NCBI RefSeq assembly: GCF_006345805.1
Contig: NC_042998.1
Coordinates: 181,970,001-182,034,000, forward strand
Length of the DNA stretch: 64,000 nucleotides
Source: Octopus sinensis
Lineage: Eukaryota
Direction: 5' to 3'
The position numbers and the translations under genes were made by a program. This document shows positions 13,837-27,263 of the stretch, piece after piece. The number at the start of each line of letters is the position of its first letter. The stretch's first letter is position 1. The notes below the pieces were generated by a model that was given only the letters and a program-made list of their open reading frames with translations, had not been told where the DNA came from and did not search any database.

Positions 13837-14849
13837 TAATTCCTCATGTAGCTTTGAAGACTTTTCACCACTTTGCCACTGTGATCAGAATTCTAAGTCC
13901 TTACTTTACAAATAAATGTTCTGGCTACAAGCTCAGCATTGAGAAATGTATCCATATTCTAATAGGCCAGCCAGAATTGACAGATATCTGGAAGGAAAAA
14001 CATATTTAACACTAACACATGAAAAATGAGATAGTCCAGAAATTTTATATTACCATCACAGTAATATTATTGTGATGATAATTATTATCTTTAAAATTAA
14101 GACTTGTTTAAATATTGTAAATATCAAAGATTCTTGTCTCAGAGTAATGGAACTGGTCACAATTAGAGTGCTGCTAACGACTTCGTTTCCAGTCATTTCA
14201 TTCAGAACAGATTAAATCTACTTAATGTGATCTAATCTATACATAGTTGATGTTTAGCCCCAGATCAGTGCTTTGATCAAAGGTCTTCTGGTTGTGACCA
14301 CATACACAAAAAGATAAATTGAAAAGTACAACTCAATGGGCAAACAAAAATATGAGACACAGCCTAGTGCTTTTTTTTATGTTGATAAACCTGGTACTTA
14401 TTCCATCAGTTTCTTCTTGTGAAACCAGTAAGTTATGGGGATGTAAATAAACGAACAGTAGTTGTGAAGCAGTGATGAGGGAGAAACACAAAGATATACG
14501 CATAGACTTACATATATACATACATATATATATACACTTGCTTGATTTTACTCCAAATATTTCAATATATTTTGTTATATGCTGGAATGTTTGGTTTAAT
14601 TCTAGGTCAGCTTTGATCAAGCAAACCTATAATCAAACCTTTGATGGTCAAGACATTCCAGGCATGGCTGTCCCATCTTTTCTGGATCGAATGTATTTTA
14701 GAACAAATAATCCGATGTGTCCTCCTTCTTGGCTGCCATTTCTAGTAAGTCAGATGAATACACAGAAGCTGGCTTTTTGAAATGTTAGAGGCTAGAATTA
14801 TTGTGGAATATTTATTTTAAAATATTTTCGTCTGTTTATTTCTTTACAG

Positions 14850-14921
14850 GGCCAATGGTTTATGGAACATGTTATAGTCCTCTTGAAGAGAAAGATCATT
14901 TGAAACATCTTGGCTTGGCAG
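14850..14921 (+). CDS. RNASEH2A: RNase H2 subunit A, coding exon 2 (72 nt): (G)PMVYGTCYSPLEEKDHLKHLGLA(D)
   Basis: tttacag acceptor and gtgag donor; resembles RNase H2A GPMVY...ADSK segment; phase 1 at both ends, joining exon 3 to make D-S-K. Confidence 0.95.
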
Positions 14922-15519
14922 GTGAGCTTTATTTACAGAATTTTAATGCCAGTAGTGGTGATAATGATAATTTGTATTTAAATTAGACAAGATCTTTCAG
15001 CCATTCACTTATTAACAGTATCTTAGGTAAATACTCTGATTTCTTTCTCTCTTCCCAACTTTTCTTTTACATAAGCGTAGGTGTGGCTGTGTGGTAAGAA
15101 GCCTGCTTTCCAACCATATGTTTCCAAATATATATACACACACATACATATACATATGGCATGTTTCTTTCAATTTCCATCTACCATACCCACTCACAAG
15201 GCTTTGGTCAACCTGAGGCTATAGTAAAAGGCACTTACCAAGGTGCCACACACTGGGACTGAATCTGGAAACTTATGGTTGGAAAGCAGGCTTCTTACCA
15301 CACAGCCACACCTGTGTCTTTGTCTTTTGTTCTTTTGTAAATTCTCACTATATATATATATATATATATATATCAATCAATTTGTGTGTGTGCACGCAGT
15401 GGATTTCTTTCAGTTTCTGTCTACCAAATCCACTCACAAGGCTTTGGTTAGCCCGAGGCTATAGTAGAAGACACTTGCCCAAGGTGCCACACAGTGGGAC
15501 TGAACCTAGAACCATGTGG

Positions 15520-16430
15520 CTGGGAAGAAAGCTTCTTACCACACAGCCACACTTGTGCCTATATATAAGCTGTAGAAACCATGCCAAAAAGCTGCCAGTC
15601 TCCAGTTGTCTGTTTTGGTATGGTTTCTACAACTGGATGCACTTCCCAATGCCAACCACTTTACAGAGAGTACTGGGTGCTCTTCACATGTCACTGGCAT
15701 GAGTGCTTTTACGTGCCACTGTCACATGTGCTTTTATGTGGTGTCAAGATAGGTGCTTTGTATGTAATGCCAGCATCTGTGAACTCTCAAGACAAGGACC
15801 TCTCGGCTGAGAGAGGGATGCAGAGGACATGCCTGTATGTATTGATGGCTACAGATTTACTTAAAGTGACATATCTTCTCAAGCAGAGCAAACCACCAGA
15901 AGTCACAATCCATATCCTCTGTGAGGCCCAACATCTGAAGATCCTTTCTCACTACTTCGTCCCATGTTTTTCTAGGTCTACCCCTTCCACATGTTCCCTC
16001 CTCAATTAGAGATCAGCACTTCTTTATGCAACTGTCCTCATCCATATGCATCACAAAACCATACCTGTGTAGTCTTCTCTCTTGCACACTATAACTGATG
16101 CCTCTTATGCCCAATTTTTCTCTTCAATCATTTACACTCGGTTGTACCTGCATATCTGACATTACCCATCAAGCAGAGCAAGCTGGCTTCATTTCTTTCA
16201 AGCCTTTGCATGTCCTCTATACTCATAGTCTATGTTTCACTGCCATGTCACATACCTGTATATACACAGGCATCATAAAGTCTGCCTTTCACTCTGAGGG
16301 AAAAGCCCTTTGACCCTTTGTTACCAACAAAGATAGTAGCTCTCTGAGCTTATTCTTATTCTCGCAGCTATGCTTTCAGAACTCCTCCACTGTTAACCTG
16401 GTCACCTAGGTAATGGAAGCTAATACTTTC
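15520..16430 (-). mobile_element. Old RTE LINE 3' fragment
   Basis: Minus strand reads EGTCGRGRPRKTWDEVVRKDLQMLGLTE followed by a diverged RTE 3' tail. Confidence 0.75.
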
Positions 16431-16732
16431 ATTCTTAGTGCTTATTGTAGCTGCACATCTGCCACTCAAAATGACAACTTTCTCTGTTAACCTTTCCGTG
16501 ATAACACTGGACATCTTATGTGTCCATAGCTTCCACTGGGCACACTGTTATGGATTATCAACCAGACTATTGGTTGTTGTTACACACTGATGTTCTCAAT
16601 ACACTTCCTTGCATTGTTGTAACTTTCAAATGATGCCACCCTGCTTGCTAGGCTGGCAGGTCAACATTTTCCCTGAATTGAAGGCCATTCCATCTCAAGG
16701 TTACTCATTTACAGCTGAGTGGTCTTGGGCAT

Positions 16733-17215
16733 TCATCATCATTTAACGTCCGTTTTCCAAGCTAGCATGGGTTGGTCGGTTCAACTGGGGTCTGGGAAGC
16801 CAGAAGGCTGCACCAGGCTCTAGTCTGATCTGGCAGTGTTTTTACAGCTGGATGCCCTTCCTAACGCCAACCACTCCGTGAGTGTAGTGGGTGCTTTTTA
16901 CGTGCCACCGGCATAGGTGCCAGATGAGGCTGGCAACGGCCACGATTGGATGGTGCTTTTTACGTGCCACCGGCATAGGTGCCAGATGAGGCTGGCAACG
17001 GCCACGATTGGATGGTGCTTTTTACGTGCCACCGGCATAGGTGCCAGATGAGGCTGGCAACGGCCACGATTGGATGGTGCTTTTTACGTGCCACCGGCAT
17101 AGGTGCCAGATGAGGCTGGCAACGGCCACGATTGGATGGTGCTTTTTACGTGCCACCGGTACAGCGGCCAGACAAGGCTGGCAACAGCCACAATCGGATG
17201 GTGCTTTTTACGTGG
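16733..17215 (-). mobile_element. RTE 3'-end copy with a 62-bp tandem array
   Basis: Matches the 49830-50120 tail; unit starts at 16891, 16953, 17015, 17077 (identical) and 17139 (diverged). Confidence 0.85.
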
Positions 17216-17436
17216 CGTTTTGCTCAAGATCACAGTGCACTGCCTGTCTGGAAATTGAAACCACAATCTTGCAATCATAAATACACTACCATAATCACTA
17301 GGCTATGCATCTTCTCTCTCCCCACTCACTCTCTCTCTCTCATATACACACACATCCTTATAATTTACTATAATCATTGACAAATTATGCAATTTTGTCT
17401 CTATTTTGAAATCTTTACCCGTTTTGCTGTTTTCAG

Positions 17437-17566
17437 ATTCAAAAACCTTAACCGAAGAAAAGAGAGAGAGTATTCTGGGAAAAATGACAACTGATTCTGT
17501 TGACAAGATAGGCTGGATGGTTCATATTCTTTCTCCAACTTTTATTTCTAACAGTATGTTGAAGAG
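17437..17566 (+). CDS. RNASEH2A: RNASEH2A exon 3 (130 nt): DSKTLTEEKRESILGKMTTDSVDKIGWMVHILSPTFISNSMLK(R)
   Basis: tttcag/gtaag; DSKTL and GW...LSP..IS.SML motifs of eukaryotic RNase H2A. Confidence 0.96.
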
Positions 17567-18061
17567 GTAAGTTATCAAAATATTTCACTTTCATTTTAAA
17601 CCCATATTTCTTTGAATAAATAAGTGGATATAAAATTCTTATGAATCACAGTATGAGAAAAATGTCAAGTGTGAACAATCCTTATGATTGTCACCATGAG
17701 GTAACTCAGGGTATTAGTGCATGTACAGGTGTTTGTTTGTTTGTTTGTTTGTTTGTGTATATAGGCACAAACAAGTTTTTGTTTATCTGCTATTTCCTTT
17801 TTTCGTTTGTTGGTTGCTGGATTTTGTAAGAATCTCTTTTCCTAATTTGGTATAGGGCAATGATTCTCAAAATGGAAATGCCAGCCCTACCACACCTTTG
17901 GCAAATATTAGTGGAATTTTTCGTTGCCACTCCTCACTGGTTATTAAGGAGGAGACGAAATAGACTCATAAGTATGGTTGTGTGATTGAAAAGGTTGCTT
18001 CCCAAACACATGGTTTCAGGTTCAGTCCCACTGTGTGGCACCTTGGGTATCTTCTACAATA

Positions 18062-18295
18062 ATTTCTCTATTGCCCATAAGGAGCTAAACATAGAGAGGA
18101 CAAACAAGGACAGACAAACGGATTAAGTCGATTATCTCGACCCAGTGCGTAACTGGTACTTATTTAATTGACCCGAAAAGGATGAAAGGCAAAGTCGACC
18201 TTGGCAGAATTTGAACTCAGAACGTAACAGCTGACGAAATACCGCTAAGCATTTCGTCCAGCGTGCTAACGATTCTGCCAGCTCGCCGCCTTATT
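18062..18295 (-). mobile_element. SINE family C (Meta-SINE-like core) nested in a family A SINE; copies near 1-140, 50460, 50940, 57700, 60428
   Basis: 15-bp target duplication GTATCTTCTACAATA at 18047-18061 and 18296-18310; core GCCTTTCATCCTTT.GGGTC.AT.AA.TAAGTACCAG. Confidence 0.85.
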
Positions 18296-18384
18296 GTATC
18301 TTCTACAATAGCCCTAGGCTTAACATAACCTTGTGAATGGATTTGGTTGATGGAAATGGAAAGAAGTTTGTTGTGTATGTGTGT

Positions 18385-18833
18385 GTGAGGAGAACTGAAA
18401 AACTCCTGGGTTTGAGGGTATTGTGAAAGGCCTGATTGGAGTCCCAACTTTCCAAGTTCTTTTACAGGGCTTACAAAAACTGTAGGATCACTGTAATAAG
18501 TGTGAATCTGTGAGGGGAATATGTTGAATAAAACCATAGTTAACTGATCCTCTTATATTTTCTTTTATCCAAAGTCAGGAACTATTCAGCAATCCCCTTA
18601 TATATATATACAAATGAGGGGTTGCTGAAAAGTTCCTAGTTTTAAGGGTATCTTGAAAGGCCTGATTGGGGGCCTAACCTTCTGAGTTCTTTTATAGGGC
18701 TTAGAAAAACTGAAGGTTCATTGCAATAAGTGTGTGAATCTGAGAGGAGAATATGTTCAATAAAAGCATAATTAACTGATCCTTGAGTATTTTCTTTTAC
18801 CCAAAGCTAGGAACTTTTCAGCACCCCCTTGTA
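18385..18833 (+). mobile_element. Two tandem mariner-type MITE copies
   Basis: About 215-bp units with GAGGGG.TGCTGAAAAGTTCC / GGAACTTTTCAGCACCCCCT TIRs separated by (TA)n. Confidence 0.65.
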
Positions 18834-19284
18834 TGTAATTGTGCAAGGAAGGGGTGCAGGTGCATGAGTTGTGCATATGCATGTGTGTCTGGGTGGGTCT
18901 CTTTGTTTTGACATTGAGCAGTAGCTGTAAATGAATATTGCCATCAAGAAGAAAAACAATGAAATCACACAGTTTTCGAAAGACTGCGTGATTTCATTGT
19001 TTTTCTTCTTTTTTTTGCCATATGTGAGTTACAATTATTGTTGTCTGTGGAGACTTATTTTTGTAGTAAAAGAAATAGTAGTCTTTTGGCTGCTGTTTCT
19101 AATATTTTCAGTATGTGGTTTTAGCAACTTGTTGCAAAAAACCCTTATTATTATAATTATATGAATTTTTACCGAATATGGTCCTTTTCCATATTGAAAT
19201 ACTACTAGGTGAAATTTGTTGATTTTATTAGATTAATTATATTTCACCCTATATCTGTGATATATATATATGTAACATAGTGTA

Positions 19285-20110
19285 CATTTAAATACATGAA
19301 GAATCCACTTGTGGGATTCAACACGCTAGAAAGAACTGCTAGATTCTATAACCACAAAAATTAGGAATAAAATTCGACAGGAACGAAATGAAAAAATAAA
19401 AACATTTTACCATCAAGTTCCCTGGACCAATTGGTTTCTGATTTTAGTTTAGCAAGTAAATAACATTTACTCGCGAGATGAAATCGTCTTCACCTTGGGT
19501 TAAATATACAAACATATAAATATCACCGTGATCACTGTGACCGACCAGGCTATCAGATGCTGCTACACATTGCTGGTCACAATGCGTTTCGCATTGTTTT
19601 AGCCTTCGAATGACGCCACCCCGCTGGCTAAGCGAGCAGGCCAACAGAAGAAAGAATGAGAGAAAGTTGTGGCGAAAGAGTACAGCAGGGATCGCCACCA
19701 CCCCCTGCCGGAGCCGCGTGGAGCTTTAGGTGTTTTCACTCAATAAACACTCACAACACCCGGTCTGGGAATCGAAACCGCGATCCTACAACCGCGAGTC
19801 CGCTGCCCTAACCACTGGGCCATTGCGCCTCCACACAAACATATAAATATATAAACATATAAATATATTTAATCCAAGGTGTACCTGTTGAAGACGATTT
19901 CACCTCGTAGGTAAATGTTATTTACTTGCTAAACTAAAATCAGAAACCAATTGGTCTAGGAAATTTGATGGTAAAATGTTTTTATTTTTTCATCTTGTTC
20001 CTGTCAAATTTTATCCCTAATTTTTGTGGTTATAGAATCTAGCAGTTCTTTCTAGTGTGTTGAATTCCACGAGTGGATTCCTTATGTGTTTGAATGTACA
20101 CTGTATGTTA
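19285..20110. repeat. Inverted repeat (about 220-bp arms) with a SINE in the loop
   Basis: 19285-19510 vs 19860-20100 reverse-complement match. Confidence 0.85.
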
Positions 20111-20202
20111 TGACTAATATATAGTCTTTGGACTAAATTTTTACGTTAGGCCACTGGAAATGAAAATTTTAATTAATTTCCATTTCCCTTTGATATGATT
20201 AA

Positions 20203-20255
<53 letters not shown>

Positions 20256-21359
20256 TATACATATATATGTACTTGCATAGTAAGTGACCTTATCTGAGAT
20301 CGTGTGCTGAAACAAAAACAATTGCAGTGTGGAAGGTGTTTATAAGCCATTTAAAAAGACGGAATTTTGTCAGTGAACAGGTTGTGGTTTCAAAGCAAGG
20401 AAAATATTTTGACAAATTAAATTTAAATGTTGAAGTGAATCTAATGGTTTTTGTGTGTTTTTAAATGGCTTATAAACACCTTCCATGCTGCAATTGTGTA
20501 TATTTATATATTTATATATAACTTTATATATATAAAACTGAGAATGTGTGTGTATGTGTCTGTCTGTCTGTGTGTTTCCCTAAAACTTGAGAACTACACA
20601 ACCAATTTCATTCAAATTTTACTCATGCCTATGTAGTGTCATGGGCCATAAAAAATTTTTAACTTCTTGCCTAGTGCAAACCCAGAGCAATATCATATCT
20701 TCTCCACTATTTCAGTATTACGTGTCAAAAGTGAAACAATAACATCTCTCTATTGTAATGTCAGATATTTTCACTTTAATAGTTTCACTTTAATACTGAA
20801 ACTATTAAAGTGAAACCATTATCTCACATATATACAGGCATAGATACATATATACATACATATATAATGTATATATATATATGTGGAGGCGCAATGGCCC
20901 AGTGGTGATGGTAGCAGACTCGCGGTCGTGGGATCGCGGTTTCGATTCCCAGACCGGGCATTGTGAGTGTTTATTGAGCGAAAATACCTAAAGCTCCATG
21001 AGGCTCCGGATGGGGAGTGGTGGCGATCCCTGCTGTACTCTTTTGCCACAACCTTCTCTCACTCCTTCTTTTGTTGGCCTGCTCGCTTAGCCAGCGGGGT
21101 GGCGTCATTTGAAGGCTAAAACAATGCGAAGCGCATTGTGACCAGCGATGTGTAGCAACATCTGATAGCCTGATCGGTCACGGGATCACGTGATATATAT
21201 ATATATATATATATATTATGTATATATATATATATGTATACATCTGCACAAATGTATATATATATAGATGTATATATATATATACATGTATATATATATA
21301 CTTGTATATATATACATGTATATATATGTACTTGTATGTATATACATGTATATGTATAC

Positions 21360-21390
<31 letters not shown>

Positions 21391-21964
21391 GATGTGTATG
21401 TATACATGTATATTTGTAGATGTATATATAAATATAGAGGTACATGTAATATGTACACATATATACACTTATATACATGCATACATACACACACACACAC
21501 ACAGGTGCAGGTGTGGTTTTGTGGTAAGAAACCTGGTTCCAAAACACATGGTCCTGGGTTCAGTCCCACTGTGTGGTGACTTGGCATGTGTCTTCTGCTA
21601 TAGCCTCAGACCAACCAAAGCCTTTTGAGTGGATTTCGTAGACAGAAACTGAAAGAAATCAATCGTGTATATATATATGTAAGTGTATGTGTGTGTCTTT
21701 GTCTCTGTGTTTCGCCCTTGCTTCACAACTGCTGTTCGTTTATTTACATTCCCATAACTTACTGGTTTCACAAGAAGAAACTAATAGAATAAGTACCAGG
21801 CTTATCAACATAAAAAAAACCCCACTAGGCTGTGTCTCATATTTTTGTTTGCCCACTCAGTTGTATCTATCAATCTATCTTTTTTTTGTGTGTGTATATA
21901 TATATATATATATAATACACACACACACATATATACATGTATGTACATGTGCATATTCATAGCT

Positions 21965-23132
21965 ATTTTATATAAGTCAATGTCTGTATGTGTGTTCGTG
22001 TATTACTTATACATTCGAAAACTACTGCACCGATCCTATGAAATTTGGGACACAAAATCCAAGCCCAGGGAGAAGGGTAATGCTGTGTGCTTCATACAAT
22101 TTCATGGACCAAAATTACTGAGTGGATCCTTATGATATTTGGAACTTAGATTCAATGCATAAAGGCAGGTATAATACAATATGTTTGGTTTGAATTTTAG
22201 ATGGCTTAAAGGGGGCAGAACCCCATGAAAATTCATAAATTTTCAATGTTGATGAAATTTCAACCATGGGTAATTGACACACATCAAGAAGTATTCTCAA
22301 AGTTTCCACTTCTTATGAGGATTCTAAGATACCATAATGGGGGCCTTAACTCTCAAATTTTAGTCAGTTTTTTATGATCCAAAACTAGGTCAAAAGTACT
22401 GAAAGGATCTTTATGAAATTTGGAAATTATATTCTATGCATAAGGGCTATAACCCCCATGAAAATTCATATATTTTTGCTGTTGATGAAATTTTAACCAT
22501 AGATATTAGACACAAATGAAGTAATATTTCATCTTACAAATTAGAAAGACCCCTTCATGGGGACATAACACCCACAATTTAGTCATTTTATCTAAGCAAA
22601 GATGAATACTGTTGTACTCTTGGAAGCTGTAGGGTCACCCAAGCATAAAAGATGAGCATTATTTATAATTCAATGGTACAACAGTGTAAGAGTTTGCTTT
22701 GTGATTTCTGCAATGTGGTGCATAAATTGTCAAGTAAATGAGAGGCATCTTTGCCTCCACTGATTCAGTTGCAAAATGTTGAGTAAAGTTATTTGGTTGC
22801 AGACCTCCTTTGAGTACTTTTATTATCACTGGGTCACACATAGTCCCCCAATGGTAACATTGATTTCAATGACCTCCATTTTTCAGGAACAAAATCCTTT
22901 TAACAGGTTCTATAAAACTGGAATTTTGGAATCTGCGCATAAAGATCAGTAGTATGGGATACATGTGTCATGATTAGCATTTATTTAGGGTGTGGTAAAG
23001 AGGGAAAGAACCCTCAAATGCAATTTTGATGAAATTTGAATCATAGGTATTCTAGTTGATTAGAGAAAATATAACAGAAATGTCTAATTCTTCAATTGCA
23101 TGTAACACTGGCAATACCGTGTATCTCGGCAA

Positions 23133-23135
<3 letters not shown>
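21965..23135 (+). mobile_element. Non-autonomous Helitron-like element with internal duplication; relatives near 1380-1770(-), 20530-20840(+), 31320-31590(-)
   Basis: 5' TATAA...GTCTGT-rich start, recurrent ATGAAATTT motif, 3' GGCAATACCGTGTATCTCGGCAAGT resembling a Helitron 3' end. Confidence 0.5.
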
Positions 23136-23171
<36 letters not shown>

Positions 23172-23319
23172 TTATATGTAGAAAAATACAAACTGGGACA
23201 AGAACGTAAAACATTAAGAAGACGATACAAAAAACATGGACGGGACATTCGAAGCCTTCAATCTTCAGTCAAGAATTGGATCATCGTAGCAATTTCGGCT
23301 GATTAATCTTGATATTAAT

Positions 23320-23422
<103 letters not shown>

Positions 23423-24332
23423 AAGATCATCCCTTCTCCCATCCCCCTCCTCCTTCCCCACACTGAACCACTAATTTAGCTCTCCTCAAGCACTACACCT
23501 GCCTCACTCCCACTCTTATAGCCTACCAAACCACATGTTATCTCTGTCTCTCACTTTATCGGTCTCTTTTTGCCGAACCGCTAAGTGACGGGGACGTAAA
23601 CACACCAGCATCGGTTGTCAAGCAATGCTAAGGAGACAAACACAGACACACAAACACACACACGCATATATATACATATACATATATACGACAGGCTTCT
23701 TTCAGTTTCTGTCTACCAAATCCACTCACAAGGCTTTGGTCGGCCCGGGGCTATAGCAGAAGACACTTGCCCAAGATGCCATGCAGTGGGACTGAACCCG
23801 GAACCATGTGGTTGGTTAGCAAGCTACTTACCACACAGGAATTAATCACATATTATTTTGCAACCTCAAAATTTAAATGGTGTGGCTATATATTTTTAAA
23901 ATGACATTGTAGGGTAGGTGTGAGAGATTGGATCCAGACAGTTTTAACATAAAACAGGTGGAATATTTGGGCCGGTTATGGCCGGATTAAATGCTAAAAG
24001 GGTTAAGGGATAACTGCTGCTTTTCCGTGCTTGCATGGGTCAGATGATAGTAAGTTGGGTCAACATTTTTTACAGCTAGATACCTTTCTTGTCACCAACC
24101 CCCACTTGTCTCCAAGTGATGTAACAGTCTCCCAGTCTATCAAACAACAAACAGCCTGGACATATTTATTTGAACTGGAAACAAATAACACTGGCATGAG
24201 TGTTTTATTTACAAACTTTGTGTAACACGCCAAGACGTCCCAAAATGTCTGATGGGGTTTCACAGTGCATGGCAAGCAAATGATATTGTTAGCAAAGCCA
24301 TTGTTAACAATCAATGAGCAAAGTGCATGTGT

Positions 24333-24748
24333 AGGCGCAGAAGTGGCTGTGTGGTAAGTAGCTTGCTTATCAACCACATGGTTCCGGGTTCAGTCCCATT
24401 GCGTGGCACCTTGGGCAAGTGTCTTCTACTATAGCCTCAGGCCAACCAAAACCTTGTGAGTGGATATGGTTGACGGGAACTGAAAGAAGCCCGTCGTATA
24501 TATGTATATATATATATATGTGCGTGTATGTTTGTGTGTCTGTGTTTGTCCCCCAACATCGCTTGACAACCGATGCTTGTGTGTTTACGTCCCTGCAACT
24601 TAGCGGTTCGGCAAAAGAGAAGACCGATAGAATAAGTACCATGCTTACAAAGAATAAGTCCTGGGGTCGATTTGGTCGACTAAAGGCGGTGCTCCAGCAT
24701 GGCCACAAATGACTGAAACAAGTAAAAGAGTAAAGAGTAAAAGAGTAG
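24333..24748 (+). mobile_element. tRNA-derived SINE family A, full length; copies near 5820(-), 15060-15560(-), 17965(+), 21500(+), 23560(-), 26425(-), 29265(-), 31120(+), 32420(+), 57340(-), 59025(-), 63830(+)
   Basis: Pol III-like A box TGGCTGTGTGG and B box GGTTCAGTCC, internal (TA)/(TG) microsatellite, (AAAGAGT)n tail. Confidence 0.85.
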
Positions 24749-25355
24749 ATAAAATGGAAATATAAAATCTCACACACACATACATGCACGCGCGCACACA
24801 CACATGAAAAAATGGCTTTCATTTTGTTTCAGTTTTTACCAAATTCACTCACAGAGCTTTGGTTGATCCTGGGTTACAGTAGAAGGCACTTGCCCAGTGC
24901 CATGACTCCGAAACCACACGGTCAGGAAGCAAACCTCTTATATCCTTTCATTGTTTTACTTGTTGCAGTCATTTGACTGCAGCCATGCTGATGCACTGCC
25001 TTGCAGGGTTTAGTCAAATTGACCACAGGATTTTTTTTTAAGACTTATTCTGTCAGTCAATTTTGTCAAACTGCTAAGTTACTGGGATATAAACACATCG
25101 ACACCAGTTGCCAAGTGGTGATGGGGGGACAAACACAGACAAACATGCACACGCTAGATGGTAGGGGTTTGCTTGCAATATATAGCAGGTGCAGATTGCA
25201 TCAATAACCAGCTGGAGGAATCGTCCTCTTGGGGTTAAAAAATATTAGTAGTGTCAGTTTGTATGGAACAGCCACATTGAAGCGGCGACAAACATTACCT
25301 ATATATATAGTTTTTTTAAAGAAGTCTCGCCTAGGTATGTGATGTTTTATTATTT

Positions 25356-25435
25356 TCCCCTGACGAAGGAGTCATTATTGTAATGCACCCTCGTGCATTA
25401 AATACCCTGATGAACCCCTGAAATGGCCATAGGGA
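25356..25435 (+). ncRNA. Type I hammerhead ribozyme motif (RNASEH2A intron 3)
   Basis: TCCC-CTGACGA-AGG...TAATGCAC cctc GTGCATTA...CCT-GAAA-TGGCCA-TA-GGGA; palindromic ATGGCCAT stem III, AUA triplet. Confidence 0.75.
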
Positions 25436-25974
25436 CTGTAAATATGGCTTTTTCTTTTTTGCTTGGACACTGACTTTTCTTAATAGGTTTTCCCCTTATC
25501 TTAAAAAGTAACTTTTAATTGAAAAATTCTTAATCGATGAACTTTTATCTTACCTTATATATTTATATGTTTCCTATATATACATATTTTTATATATTCA
25601 TATATTTTTATATTTTTATATATTTATTATTCTAGATGTTATAATGTTAAAAAAAAATTGTTTAGTCGCTGAAGTATTAATTTTTAATTGCGATAGACTG
25701 TACTCACACACTTTTTTTTATATGCTTGCCTAATGAATTATTGTTTCATCTTCTGTGATTTTATGCATCTGTATTCTATGTATAAGAAAAAGCATTATGT
25801 GATTAAATGTTCGAGATGTGATATGTTACACGGATGACCTTAAATTTGTTGTTTGTTCTACAACCAAAGTTTGTTATACTCGTCTCATTTACTTGAGCAC
25901 TTTCCTTGCAGTCCTATTAACCCTATCGTTCCTAATAAGAAACAATCACAATTATTATTGATATATATATATAG

Positions 25975-26297
25975 AGCACTCCTTCAGTTATAACGATGAG
26001 GGTCCCAGATGATACAGTCAACGGAACAGCTTGCTCGTAAAATTAGCGTGCAAGTGGCTGAGCACTCCACAGACACGTGTACCCTTAACGCAGTTCTCAG
26101 GGAGATTCAGCGTGACACAGAATGCGACAAGGCTGGCCCTTTGAAATACAGGTACAACTCATTTTGGTTAGCTGAGTGGACTGGAGCAACGTGAAATAAA
26201 GTGTCTTGCTCTAGGACACAGTGTGTCACTGGTAATTGAACTCATGACCTTACGATCATGAACCGAATGCCCTAACCACTAAGCCATGCACCTTCAC
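25975..26297 (-). mobile_element. tRNA-derived SINE family D (head shared with 58443-58710 and 62352-62670)
   Basis: GGTGCATGGCTTAGTGGTTAGGG head and GAGCAAGACACTTTATTTCAC core; tail shared with the 3020 element. Confidence 0.75.
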
Positions 26298-27231
26298 GAA
26301 AGGGTAGAAAAATAGGGGCACTTCTAATGCAGCACTCAAGACAAACCTGAGATTACCTATACTCTTGAATTATGGTCTTAAGTAAGTTTGAAATTCTCCA
26401 AGTGTAGAAAATCCAGGAACCATACTCTTTACTCTTTTACTTGTTTCAGTCATTTTGACTGCGGCCATGCTGGAGCACCGCCTTTAGTCGAGCAAATCGA
26501 CCCCGGGACTTATTCTTTGTAAGCCTAGTATTTATTCTATCGGTCTCTTTTGCCGAACTGCTAAGTGACGGGGACATAAACACACCAGCGTTGGTTGTCA
26601 AGCAATGCTAGGGGGACAGACACACAAACACATACACACACATGCATATATATATATATATACATATATACGACAGGCTTCTTTCAGTTTTCGTCTACCA
26701 AATCCACTCACAAGGCATTGGTCGGCCCGGGGCTATAGCAGAAGACACTTGCCCAAGATGCCACGCAGTGGGACTGAACCCGGAACCATGTGGTTGGTTA
26801 GCAAGCTACTTACCACACAGCCACTCCATGTTGATAAAACTATTGTGAGGGTCTTACGAAGAATAAAATATAATCCAAATGAGAAAACAAAGGAAGAGTT
26901 TAGCACATCTTTAATGATCAGTTACAATTGTTTCTGTAGCACTCTGTTTTTAATGCCAATTTTGTGCAAAAGTTCAATATTAGAAGTTATGCAATATTTG
27001 TGGTTTTAAACATTTGAGTGGCACCTGTTTGGACTTGTATCAAAAGTTGTGCTCTTCGAATGTGTGTCTCCCAAGCATTATATTTTATTTATATCAAGAG
27101 GAAACAAGAAGTATAAATAAAAATAAAATTGTGAAATGATGGGCTGGCAACAGATAAAGACAAGGTCACATCATCATCATCACCATCACCGTCGCCGCCA
27201 CCACCACCACCATCATCACCATCACCATCAT

Positions 27232-27263
<32 letters not shown>

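Noticed and set aside
1-14849. RNASEH2A exon 1 (DEAGRGP motif)
   Set aside because: No matching coding sequence with a phase-1 donor found by eye; probably upstream of the window
16891-17215. Clustered ACGTG hypoxia-response elements
   Set aside because: The motif is part of a ubiquitous LINE tail; nothing supports a regulatory role
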